From Prevotella sp. (GTDB lineage Bacteria > Bacteroidota > Bacteroidia > Bacteroidales > Dysgonomonadaceae): a stretch of DNA of 64,000 nt. Both the position numbers and the translations under genes were made by a program. The notes below the pieces were generated by a model, which saw only the letters and a program-made list of their open reading frames with translations, searched no databases and was not told the DNA's origin. Position 1 is the stretch's first letter, and each line of letters opens with the position of its first letter. The stretch is taken from the NCBI GenBank assembly GCA_031285625.1, contig JAITVV010000095.1, positions 64,001 to 128,000 on the forward strand, read 5' to 3'. This document shows, piece after piece, positions 49,276 through 58,731 of this stretch.

Positions 49276-49902
49276 ATGAAATTAAGTTGCAACACAGAAA
49301 AAGATCAGTTAATAGAAATGTTGATCAGACAGTTGTCTAATTTTTTTATAATTAGTGAAAAAGAAATTGATATATTATGGAAAGAATTTGATCAGGTTTG
49401 GCTACGATTATATAAATGTATTAAATTAGTTGATAACAAATACTTTATCATAGACGGAATTCCGGTCATTAATCCATATCACTCAGGACAATATCTAATA
49501 TATTTATACTTTTATAGTAATATATGTTCAAGCAACAACGAAAAACAATTGGCTGATAAAATATATTACTTAAACAAAATAATGCACTCTTGTGATATTT
49601 ATCATGAAGTAAGTCTGCCTGAGTCTTTTTTCCTCGAACATCCTGTAGGAACAGTACTAGGTAGAGCTAAATATGGAAATAGATTCTTTGCTATGCAAAA
49701 TTGCACCATAGGTGGAAACAAAGGGCACTATCCTATAATAGGAAACAATGTAAGACTCTATTCAGGAGCTAAAGTCTTAGGAAATTCTATTATTGGCGAT
49801 AATGTTACAGTAGCAGCTAATACCTATATTAAAGATACAAATATACCCGATAATGCTACAGTTTTTGGAACTTCACCGCATTTGACTATAAAATATTTAT
49901 AA
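49276..49902 (+). CDS. Serine-acetyltransferase-like left-handed beta-helix acyltransferase
   Basis: HPVGTVLGRA.YG, QNCTIGG, YPIIGNNV hexapeptide repeats. Confidence 0.82.
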   Translation: MKLSCNTEKDQLIEMLIRQLSNFFIISEKEIDILWKEFDQVWLRLYKCIKLVDNKYFIIDGIPVINPYHSGQYLIYLYFYSNICSSNNEKQLADKIYYLNKIMHSCDIYHEVSLPESFFLEHPVGTVLGRAKYGNRFFAMQNCTIGGNKGHYPIIGNNVRLYSGAKVLGNSIIGDNVTVAANTYIKDTNIPDNATVFGTSPHLTIKYL

Positions 49903-49907
49903 AAGCC

Positions 49908-50651
49908 ATGATACTAAAAGACAAAGTCATTATAGTTACCGGAGGTTCTGGTTTAATAGGAAAAGCAATCTTGGAAGATATTTGCAAGAAAGGAGGTCTT
50001 GCCATAAATGCAGATATAAACGTACAATCAGATTTAGAAAAAAAAGTAATCAATGTTGATATAACCAATCAAGAATCAATTGTCGATGCAATAAATCAAA
50101 TTAATAAATACTTCGGAAAAATAGATGGACTTGTGAATAATGCTTATCCTCGGACAAAGGATTGGGGTGCTAAATTTGAAGATATTAGTTTTACGTCTTG
50201 GCAAGAAAATGTAGATATTCAAATGAACAGTACATTTTATTTCTGCCAGCAAGCCTTAGCTGTAATGACTAACCAATCCTTCGGTTCAATTGTAAATATT
50301 GGATCAATCTATGGTGTAGTAGGTAATGACTTCACTTTATATGAAGACTACGGAGGCACCTCACCTGCAGCATATGCAGCAATAAAAGGAGGAATAATAA
50401 ATTTAACTAGATATTTAGCTTCATATTATGGGCCACATAATATAAGGATCAATTGTGTATCACCTGGAGGAATACTAGATGAAAAGAATCAACATCCATC
50501 CTTTATATCAAAATATAATAGGAAAGTACCTATGAGGAGAATGGGAAGCCCTGACGATATTGCTCCTGCTGTATCTTTCATGCTCTCTGATGAAGCAAAA
50601 TATATTACAGGCCAAAATTTAATTGTAGACGGAGGTTGGACAACTATATAA
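49908..50651 (+). CDS. SDR oxidoreductase (PtmA/ElaC-like)
   Basis: TGGSGLIG, NNAYPR..WG, SIYG, YAAIKGG, VSPGG. Confidence 0.88.
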   Translation: MILKDKVIIVTGGSGLIGKAILEDICKKGGLAINADINVQSDLEKKVINVDITNQESIVDAINQINKYFGKIDGLVNNAYPRTKDWGAKFEDISFTSWQENVDIQMNSTFYFCQQALAVMTNQSFGSIVNIGSIYGVVGNDFTLYEDYGGTSPAAYAAIKGGIINLTRYLASYYGPHNIRINCVSPGGILDEKNQHPSFISKYNRKVPMRRMGSPDDIAPAVSFMLSDEAKYITGQNLIVDGGWTTI

Positions 50652-50668
50652 TTATTAAAACAAATAAT

Positions 50669-51859
50669 ATGAACAAAATATTAATTCTCTTTATTTCTTT
50701 GTTTTTTCTTTCTTGTTCAGCACAAGAAGATAATCTTGATGCATTAGATATAAAAAGTTTTAACAGCCAAAATGTAAATAAGATAACCGAAACCAAAATA
50801 TTCGACTCCAATGATATTGCAGGAAAACCTTATTCAAGAATTCCAACTATAATAATAGCCAATAATGGCAACATACTAGCTGCTTGTGAAAAAAGAAAAG
50901 ACGAACATGATAAAGGAGAAATTGATATACTACTTGCCTTAAGCGAAGATGGAGGTAAAACTTATTTTAAAACAGTCTTATTCGAGTACGAGGCAGAACA
51001 TGGAAGAAAAATGAACCCTTGCTTTGTTATTGATAGAAATGGTACTCATGGTAAAACTGGACGCATATATTGTTTTGTCATATCGAGTGTACCGACATGG
51101 AAACTATCTTATGAACTTGAGAAAGGGGAAGCAAATACTCTTTATCGATATTCTGATGACGATGGATTAACCTGGAGCGAAACCTTAACTCTTGAGCATA
51201 AAATACCTAAAGAATGTACAATATTTGGTCCATCCCCTTCGAACGGTATTCAATTAGAAAACGGCACATTAGTTATCCCGGCCTTCATAACTCTTACTGA
51301 TCGATCATCCCGAACAGGAATTATATTTAAAACTCCTAATGGAAAGTGGGAGTTTAACTATATAAACCTACAGCAAAGCAAAGAGGAAAATGAATCTACA
51401 ATAATAGCACTAGGGGAAGGAAATCAAATTCTGCTAAATACCAGAACAGAAAAATATAATAAGGACAGACATATATATTATAGTAATAATATAGAAGAAG
51501 GAATGACAGGGAAAGAGATAACATGGAATATTCATTCTTCAAACTCCAAATTTAGAATATCGGGGCCATGCCAAGGGAGTTTAGAGGTAACATTGAGCGA
51601 TTTACGACCGGTTTATCTGTTTTCTCATCCATATAATGATAATCCTCGAAGGAGAATATGTATTTGGAAGTCTTTCGATTTAGAACAATGGACTCCGACA
51701 TACCTTTTAACAACTGGTCGCTCTGCAGGCTATTCTGTGCTCACATATTACAAAGATAAACTACTGGCTATATATGAGAGTGATCCTAATGTTTTTGAAT
51801 GTACAATTCAAGATTTATCACCATTGTTGCCACTTTTGACGAATGATGAATATAAATGA
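50669..51859 (+). CDS. GH33 sialidase-like lipoprotein
   Basis: Lipobox FLSC; YSRIP; Asp boxes SEDGGKTY, SDDDGLTW, SFDLEQW; ENE, LNTR, PRR, AGYS, IYE. Confidence 0.85.
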   Translation: MNKILILFISLFFLSCSAQEDNLDALDIKSFNSQNVNKITETKIFDSNDIAGKPYSRIPTIIIANNGNILAACEKRKDEHDKGEIDILLALSEDGGKTYFKTVLFEYEAEHGRKMNPCFVIDRNGTHGKTGRIYCFVISSVPTWKLSYELEKGEANTLYRYSDDDGLTWSETLTLEHKIPKECTIFGPSPSNGIQLENGTLVIPAFITLTDRSSRTGIIFKTPNGKWEFNYINLQQSKEENESTIIALGEGNQILLNTRTEKYNKDRHIYYSNNIEEGMTGKEITWNIHSSNSKFRISGPCQGSLEVTLSDLRPVYLFSHPYNDNPRRRICIWKSFDLEQWTPTYLLTTGRSAGYSVLTYYKDKLLAIYESDPNVFECTIQDLSPLLPLLTNDEYK

Positions 51860-53141
51860 ATTTATAAAGAGAGAGGATGACGCAAATCTTTTTTCTATAA
51901 AGTATAAAAATATTCCGTTATGGGAATTAGTACGTTTCGATATATTCAATGCATATATTGATCGATGCCAAGTATCTGATTGGAAGATATCTGAGCGTCT
52001 AAGAAATTGGCTAAGAACAATCTGTGGCCTTATTTTTTCCAATCCATTATTTTTCTTGTCAAAGAAGAAAACATTGATAATAAGAGCCAGTAGAAAGAAC
52101 ATAGATGACAAAAAGCTCGTAGACCCATATACTATTGATATAGAAGAAGATATTTTAAATCGACCTTTGGGGGCTTACGAGTCACATACTGACTTTATTT
52201 TCAAAAAACTATTTACTCCGAACATCATTATCCTCGATATTATTACTAAATACATATCGAAGATTTTATTAAAAGTGAGAAAGAAGAGTTTTTTTAATGA
52301 TGAGCTAAACGACCAAATAAAATTCATATGTAGTATATTCCCTGAAAAAGAATTTTCAACTCTTATAGAAAATAAAATAATGGAGTTCTATATAGAGCAA
52401 AAGCTTTATTCTTTTATCCTTAAATATCGAAAACCTGAAAAAATTTATTTGACAAATTATATATATAAGCAAGCCCTAATTTATTCTGCGAAGTTGCTTG
52501 ATATTCAAGTAATAGAGATACAACATGGCTTTATATCACCTCTTCTTGCCGATTATCATTTTCCAAAAGTAAAGAAAGACAGCTTACTATTATTTCCAGA
52601 TGAATTCTACTACTTGAGTGAATACCTGAAATATAAAGTTGATTTACCATTGTCTGAAATCTCAATAAAACCCTTTGAAGGTAATTTTTTTCGAAAAAAA
52701 TTAAAAATGAGTAAATCAATGGATAAGAATCCAAATTCTTTATTATTTGTATCAACAAACACTAAAGAATTTACCTCTTTTATGGAGAATTTCTGTAAAA
52801 TATCTAAAGAGAATAAATCCGGATTCAAAATCTATTTTAAACCACATCCTTTTGAGTATGCCTTAATAGATACGGCTTATATAAATTCATTAAAAGAGAA
52901 TTATAACATAATTTTTATTGAGAAAGATGAAGACATCTATCAATATATAGGGAAGATAAAATATGTTATCAGCACATATTCAACTTTACTATTTGAAGCA
53001 TTAGAGTTTGGCAATGCTATTTACACCGTAAAACTAAACGGACATGAATCGATTATGCCTTTTGTAGAAAATAATTTAATGAACTTAGTTAACAGTCCTC
53101 AAGAATTATATGATTCAATAATTTACGATAATAAGATGTAG
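51843..53141 (+). CDS. Putative nonulosonate (sialyl-type) transferase
   Basis: EIQHG, FPD, FKPHP, YSTLLFEA motifs of CMP-sugar GT-B enzymes; position before wzx. Confidence 0.65.
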   Translation: MMNINEFIKREDDANLFSIKYKNIPLWELVRFDIFNAYIDRCQVSDWKISERLRNWLRTICGLIFSNPLFFLSKKKTLIIRASRKNIDDKKLVDPYTIDIEEDILNRPLGAYESHTDFIFKKLFTPNIIILDIITKYISKILLKVRKKSFFNDELNDQIKFICSIFPEKEFSTLIENKIMEFYIEQKLYSFILKYRKPEKIYLTNYIYKQALIYSAKLLDIQVIEIQHGFISPLLADYHFPKVKKDSLLLFPDEFYYLSEYLKYKVDLPLSEISIKPFEGNFFRKKLKMSKSMDKNPNSLLFVSTNTKEFTSFMENFCKISKENKSGFKIYFKPHPFEYALIDTAYINSLKENYNIIFIEKDEDIYQYIGKIKYVISTYSTLLFEALEFGNAIYTVKLNGHESIMPFVENNLMNLVNSPQELYDSIIYDNKM

Positions 53142-53163
53142 TTTTTGGTTGGAAATAAAAATA

Positions 53164-54435
53164 ATGATATCTAGATATTTAAATAATAAACTATTCCGAA
53201 ATGGAGTAATATTTTCATTCTTCTCATTCTTCAATAGTGGTGTGAGTTTTTTTCTTATTATAATTTTAGCCAAATATTTTTCCCCTGCAGAATATGGATA
53301 TTTAAATCTTTTCACTACAATCACGACTATCTTAAATCTTCTAATGACATTAAATACTTCTGGATATTTTTCCATCTCATTCTTTAAATTAGAGAAAGAA
53401 GATTTACAAAGAATTTTGAGTGGTGTAGTCCTAGTTATTTTTAGTGTTTCAACATTTCTCACCTTACTAATTTTTATTTTCTCTGATATATCTGTAAAAT
53501 ATATTGGACTGGAATCTAAATATCAGTTTCTAGCATTACTTGTTTGCTTCTTTCAAGCTTTTATAACACTAAGACTAGAAATCTGGAGACTGGAGGAGAA
53601 ACCGATAATATATGGAGTCTTCTCTTCGCTTTTTAGTCTCTTGAGCTTTGGTATTACACTTCTGTTTGTTATATATTTTAATTCTGGTTGGGTAGGACGG
53701 GTAGATTCTTTTGTTATTGTAACCACCTTTTTCTCTTTAATATCCATTATAATGTTAATTAGAGACAGGTATACAATAAAAATCAAACCTCGAAAAAAAA
53801 TCTTATATAACGCATTATCTTATGGTCTTCCCTTGATACCTCATTCTATCTCCACATGGGTACGCCAAGGGGGAGACAGATACCTGATTAATTATTTTCT
53901 AGGAATTAATCAATTAGGCTATTTTAGCTTTGCCTTCAATGTATACAATATAATTCTAATACTTGGATCCGCATTTAATGCTACATATTCTGTTAACTTA
54001 TTTAAGATCCTATCAGAAAATGAAAAAACAGGCGTAATAATACTTCGTAAACAAATAAAGATAATGTGCATGTTTTTTACGATTGCATCCCTTCTTATTT
54101 TCTTATTTGTATACTTTCTTATTCCTATCTTCTTTCCAAAATATGAACCATCGACTCAATACTTGTTCCCTCTAGTAATGGCCGGTCTTTTCCAATGCTT
54201 ATACTTATGCTTCGTAAATTTTTTATTCTTTTACAAAAAGACACGAATTCTTATGTATATAACTGTCTCTATTTCATTCCTTCATTTTATTTTATCCTTT
54301 GCATTAACAAGGTACGGAATGATATATACAGCTTATATCACAATGTTCACCAATTTTTTAATTTTCTTAATAGTTGCTATATACTCAAATAAATATATTA
54401 ACTTTAAAATTCTTTCCAGAAAAAATATTTCATAA
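53164..54435 (+). CDS. wzx: Polysaccharide flippase
   Basis: Many TM helices; SPAEYG, YGLPLIPH, DRYLI...LG.F. Confidence 0.88.
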   Translation: MISRYLNNKLFRNGVIFSFFSFFNSGVSFFLIIILAKYFSPAEYGYLNLFTTITTILNLLMTLNTSGYFSISFFKLEKEDLQRILSGVVLVIFSVSTFLTLLIFIFSDISVKYIGLESKYQFLALLVCFFQAFITLRLEIWRLEEKPIIYGVFSSLFSLLSFGITLLFVIYFNSGWVGRVDSFVIVTTFFSLISIIMLIRDRYTIKIKPRKKILYNALSYGLPLIPHSISTWVRQGGDRYLINYFLGINQLGYFSFAFNVYNIILILGSAFNATYSVNLFKILSENEKTGVIILRKQIKIMCMFFTIASLLIFLFVYFLIPIFFPKYEPSTQYLFPLVMAGLFQCLYLCFVNFLFFYKKTRILMYITVSISFLHFILSFALTRYGMIYTAYITMFTNFLIFLIVAIYSNKYINFKILSRKNIS

Positions 54436-54438
54436 TAT

Positions 54439-55236
54439 ATGAACTATTCTAAAATATCAATAATAACCGTAGTCTACAATATGGCAGATAAGATAGAAAG
54501 TACAATCTTATCAGTTCTAAATCAGACATATCCAAATATTGAATATATTATTATTGATGGGGGTAGTACAGACGGGACAGTCGACATTATTAAAAAATAT
54601 GAAAGTCAGTTAGCATATTGGATCAGCGAACCTGATAAAGGGATATATAACGCTATGAATAAAGGAGTTATAAAAGCAACTGGCGTTTATTGTAATTTTA
54701 TGAATGTAGGAGATAAATTCTATGATAACGAGGTACTCAACAATGTTTTTTCAGTAAACAGACGTGAAGATATTCTACATGGTATAACCGTTACTGATAA
54801 TGGAACTATAACCCTTCCAATATCACCTGAGAGATTATCTCTGTCATTTTTTTACAAGACAAGCTTGGGACATCAGGCAACATTTATAAACAGGGAATTA
54901 TTAAAAGAATATCCTTATGATGAAAGCTATAAAATAGTAGCAGACGCCAAGTTTTTCATTGTGACTTTAATTATAAATAATAAAACATATGCAACACTAC
55001 CATTCAAGATTTGTTTATATGATACAAAAGGGGTAAGTAGCAATTTAGAGAACACAGATATGGAATTGAAGCTGATTTTCAGAGATTTATTTCCACCCAG
55101 AATTGTAAAAGATTATGAACTAATGGAAAATTATCTCAACCCTTTGTTCCGTATATTATATCCCATAACTCAAAGTTTCCTATTTCAAAAATATCTCTTT
55201 CCTATATCAAAAAAAATAAAAAAGATAGTAGGTTAA
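54439..55236 (+). CDS. Glycosyltransferase family 2
   Basis: ISIITVVYN, IDGGSTDGT, SEPDKGIYNAMNKG, HQATF. Confidence 0.92.
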   Translation: MNYSKISIITVVYNMADKIESTILSVLNQTYPNIEYIIIDGGSTDGTVDIIKKYESQLAYWISEPDKGIYNAMNKGVIKATGVYCNFMNVGDKFYDNEVLNNVFSVNRREDILHGITVTDNGTITLPISPERLSLSFFYKTSLGHQATFINRELLKEYPYDESYKIVADAKFFIVTLIINNKTYATLPFKICLYDTKGVSSNLENTDMELKLIFRDLFPPRIVKDYELMENYLNPLFRILYPITQSFLFQKYLFPISKKIKKIVG

Positions 55237-55254
55237 TATAAATTCACATAGACA

Positions 55255-56445
55255 ATGAAGAAAATATTATTTATAAACACTCTATATCATCCTAATATAG
55301 GAGGAGGAGCCGAAATTGTCTTACAGGCTCAAGCTGAAGGCTTGAAGTCTAAAGGTTATGATATTGTAATATTAGCGACCAAAGAAAAAGGAGATATTAC
55401 TTTTGATTTTATAAATGAAATAAAAGTATATAGAGCTGGTATAAAAAACCTATATTGGCCTCATAAAAAAGAGAGTCACAATCCAATATCAAAACTTTTT
55501 TGGCATTTGAAAGATCGCTATAATCCTGAAATGATGGAATATTTGCGTTATGTAATAAATCTTGAAAAACCAGATCTGGTTATGTGCCACAATTTGACAG
55601 GATGGACGATTGCCACATGGGAAGAAGTCAAAAAATTTAACATTCCGGTATTCCAAATCCTGCATGACCAATATTTGCTATGTTTGAATTCCAGCATGTA
55701 CAAAAAAAGCAAGATATGCCAGAAACAATGTTTTCTATGTAATTTCATGCGTCAAAAATTTGCGTCAAAAACAACTAATGTTGATGTGGTTATAGGTGTT
55801 AGCCGGTATATACTTAATAAATTTGTAGATAATGGCTATTTCTCAATTTCTCGCCAAGAAGTAATACATAACAGACTATATATGAGTAACAAAAGACCAT
55901 TGCCTACATCTACAATATTACACACTCCATTACGAATTGGTTTTATTGGGACACTAAGTGTTGTCAAAGGAATAGATATATTAATAAAAGCATTCAAAAA
56001 AACTGATATTAATGCTACCCTTGTTATTGCAGGAAAAGGAGAGGTCAATTACGAAAACTATTTACGAGAACTAGCCTTAGGAGATAACCGAATTCAATTT
56101 ATTGGCTATGTTGACTCCAACTCGTTCTATTCTAGCATAGACCTATTAATAGTACCTTCTTTGTGGAACGATACTTTTCCAGGCGTCGCTATAGAAGCGT
56201 GTGCTAATAATCTTGCTGTCATAGCTAGTAAAAGAGGTGGACTACCGGAGATCATAAAAGATGAGATAAATGGAATTCTCATTGAACCAACTGAAGAATC
56301 TATTCATTATTCTATTTTGTTTTATTACGACAATCCATCTATATTAGAATTTCATAAGCAAAATAGTAGAAAATCTGTTGAAAATCTACTTAATTTCAAT
56401 GATATGATACAAGAGTATATAGATTTAATAGAATCTTATGTGTAG
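55255..56445 (+). CDS. Glycosyltransferase family 4
   Basis: GGGAE, FIGTL...KG, VPSLW.DTFP...IEA, GGLPEII. Confidence 0.9.
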   Translation: MKKILFINTLYHPNIGGGAEIVLQAQAEGLKSKGYDIVILATKEKGDITFDFINEIKVYRAGIKNLYWPHKKESHNPISKLFWHLKDRYNPEMMEYLRYVINLEKPDLVMCHNLTGWTIATWEEVKKFNIPVFQILHDQYLLCLNSSMYKKSKICQKQCFLCNFMRQKFASKTTNVDVVIGVSRYILNKFVDNGYFSISRQEVIHNRLYMSNKRPLPTSTILHTPLRIGFIGTLSVVKGIDILIKAFKKTDINATLVIAGKGEVNYENYLRELALGDNRIQFIGYVDSNSFYSSIDLLIVPSLWNDTFPGVAIEACANNLAVIASKRGGLPEIIKDEINGILIEPTEESIHYSILFYYDNPSILEFHKQNSRKSVENLLNFNDMIQEYIDLIESYV

Positions 56446-56477
56446 TTTCTAAATTAATTAAAATCATTAAATATTTT

Positions 56478-57671
56478 ATGAAAAAGATTTTACCTAATCT
56501 TTTTTTTATGTTTTTATCAGCTCCAATATTATCTCCATATATTGGAGGAATGACTATTTACCTATATGCAATTATAGCTATTCTTGACATTAATTTTTTA
56601 AACTGGGCGCTAAAAACGTTTAGTATCAAACTTATGCTATCTGTATCTACCTGGATATTAGGCATATCAATAATTGGATTACACTTTGTTTTATTTTTTA
56701 AAATAATGATGATTGTTGTAACAGTTGCCTATCTCTTCTACTGCTATCAACAAGGGTATATGCATATATTCTATCGTTATGTCATTTTTAGTATTCTGTT
56801 TGCTTTCGTACAATTTATATTACTATTCTATAATCCAGTATTCGCGTTATTGTTAGGGCCAACAAGCATTTCTAAATTTATATTAGGAGATTATGCTACC
56901 GCAACATACACTAATTTTCATTCAATAGGTTTTCTGCCTAGAGTCTCTGGACTTTGTAGAGAAGGAGGTTTCTTTAGCTCATTCTTAACAGTAGGACTAT
57001 TTATCGTATATCTGGACAAAACCCTTTCTAAAAAAAGAAAAAAAATATTATATTCTCTCTTTATTGCGGGTATTGTTATTTCATTATCCAAAACAGCCAT
57101 AATCCTTGTTTTCATACCCCTTGCCTTATTGATCAAAAAGTATTTGAATCGGGCTAATCTTATACTTACCGGGATTAGTGTTTCAGTTATCATATCTTTT
57201 ATTGCTCTTCTTATAAGATACAATACAGATTTATTTTTCTATTTAGAGAATGAAACTTATATACATCGATTAGCCGGCTATGCTTTTATAGACGAAATAA
57301 ATTTGAAAGGTATTTTATTTGGAACAACAGTGAAAGACCTCTTTGCATCAACAGGTAATTTTATTATTACAAGTATAGGCAATACTTTGGCAGACAAATC
57401 TCTCAATGAATTTTGTAGTTTCCCTGGTATCTACCTTAATTTTGGTTTTCCTACATTCTTAGTCTTTCTTCTATTTCTTAAAAAAATTTGTTTCACAACA
57501 ACCAACCTTATACTTATTTTCTTATTCACGGCAAGTGTGACTCCATTTACGTGTGACAATTTTGTCGTAATGGCTTGGTTCTTATGTTTTTTGTTATTAT
57601 ATAACGAAAAACAGAAAAAAGTAACGGAAGTAAAAAATCTAAATAGCCCCAAGAATCATGATATATACTAA
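56478..57671 (+). CDS. wzy: Putative polysaccharide polymerase
   Basis: About 10 TM helices with RVSGLCREGG loop and SLSKT; position among the GT genes. Confidence 0.7.
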   Translation: MKKILPNLFFMFLSAPILSPYIGGMTIYLYAIIAILDINFLNWALKTFSIKLMLSVSTWILGISIIGLHFVLFFKIMMIVVTVAYLFYCYQQGYMHIFYRYVIFSILFAFVQFILLFYNPVFALLLGPTSISKFILGDYATATYTNFHSIGFLPRVSGLCREGGFFSSFLTVGLFIVYLDKTLSKKRKKILYSLFIAGIVISLSKTAIILVFIPLALLIKKYLNRANLILTGISVSVIISFIALLIRYNTDLFFYLENETYIHRLAGYAFIDEINLKGILFGTTVKDLFASTGNFIITSIGNTLADKSLNEFCSFPGIYLNFGFPTFLVFLLFLKKICFTTTNLILIFLFTASVTPFTCDNFVVMAWFLCFLLLYNEKQKKVTEVKNLNSPKNHDIY

Positions 57672-58719
57672 TGCTCGCTTTCTAACCCAGCCTATAACAG
57701 GAGTACAGCGTTTTGCCATAGAAATATCAAAACAGTTAAAGATATTAATGGGAGACGAAATAAAGTTTATATCCCCTTCAAACATTCTCCATACAGAAAT
57801 AGCTGATTACCTGAATGTCGAAGTTGTAGGAAAAAGAAAAGGACATCTCTGGGAGCAAATGGATTTACCATTATATTTAAAAAAAAGAAATAACCCTTTT
57901 TTACTGAACTTATGTAGTACAGCCCCGGCGACTTATTCAAATCAATTTGTGACACATCATGATATAACCTATGTAAGGTATCCAGAAAGTTTCTCTTTAA
58001 GTTTCAGAATATGGTATAAACTACTAATACCTCAAATACTAAAACATTCTAAGGGGTTAATAACTGTAAGTAACTTTTCTAAAAGAGAAATATCAGAATA
58101 CTATAAATATTCATTAGATAAAATACACGTTATTTCAAATGCTGTTAATAAAGAGTTTGCTAATATAAAATCCAATCTTATTGAAATAGACAATAACTCT
58201 TCTAATAAGTATTTACTAGCAGTATCATCAAATAATTATCACAAAAATTTTAAAAGACTGATTGAAGCTTTTTCTCTATTACCAAAAGAAATTGATATAA
58301 AGTTATTAATAGTAGGCAACTATAATAGCAATAGCTTTAGCCATATCAAACTAAGCAATTTAGATGACAGAATAAGATTCTTAGGACGAGTCTCTGATAG
58401 CGAACTGATCAAATTATACCAATCAGCAGAAGCTTTCGTCTTTCCATCATTATATGAAGGCTTTGGAATTCCGCCATTAGAAGCCCAAGCATGTGGATGC
58501 CCCGTTCTTGCAGCCAAGACAGCAAGTATTCCAGAAGTATTGGGCAACAGTTCACTCTTCTTTGATCCAACTGATATACAATCAATCAATCTTGCCATAA
58601 TTAAAATCCTTAGAACACCTGGTCTCAAAAGGGAATTAAAAGAAAAGGGAATGGAAAACCTGAAAAAATATTCGTGGAAATCTTCTGCTGAAAAGATTAT
58701 AAAGATTATAGGAATCTAA
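57658..58719 (+). CDS. Glycosyltransferase family 4 (mannosyltransferase-like)
   Basis: TGVQR, WEQ..LP, HKN, FPSLYEGFGIPPLEA. Confidence 0.92.
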   Translation: MIYTNARFLTQPITGVQRFAIEISKQLKILMGDEIKFISPSNILHTEIADYLNVEVVGKRKGHLWEQMDLPLYLKKRNNPFLLNLCSTAPATYSNQFVTHHDITYVRYPESFSLSFRIWYKLLIPQILKHSKGLITVSNFSKREISEYYKYSLDKIHVISNAVNKEFANIKSNLIEIDNNSSNKYLLAVSSNNYHKNFKRLIEAFSLLPKEIDIKLLIVGNYNSNSFSHIKLSNLDDRIRFLGRVSDSELIKLYQSAEAFVFPSLYEGFGIPPLEAQACGCPVLAAKTASIPEVLGNSSLFFDPTDIQSINLAIIKILRTPGLKRELKEKGMENLKKYSWKSSAEKIIKIIGI

Positions 58720-58731
58720 AAAGTTATTGTT

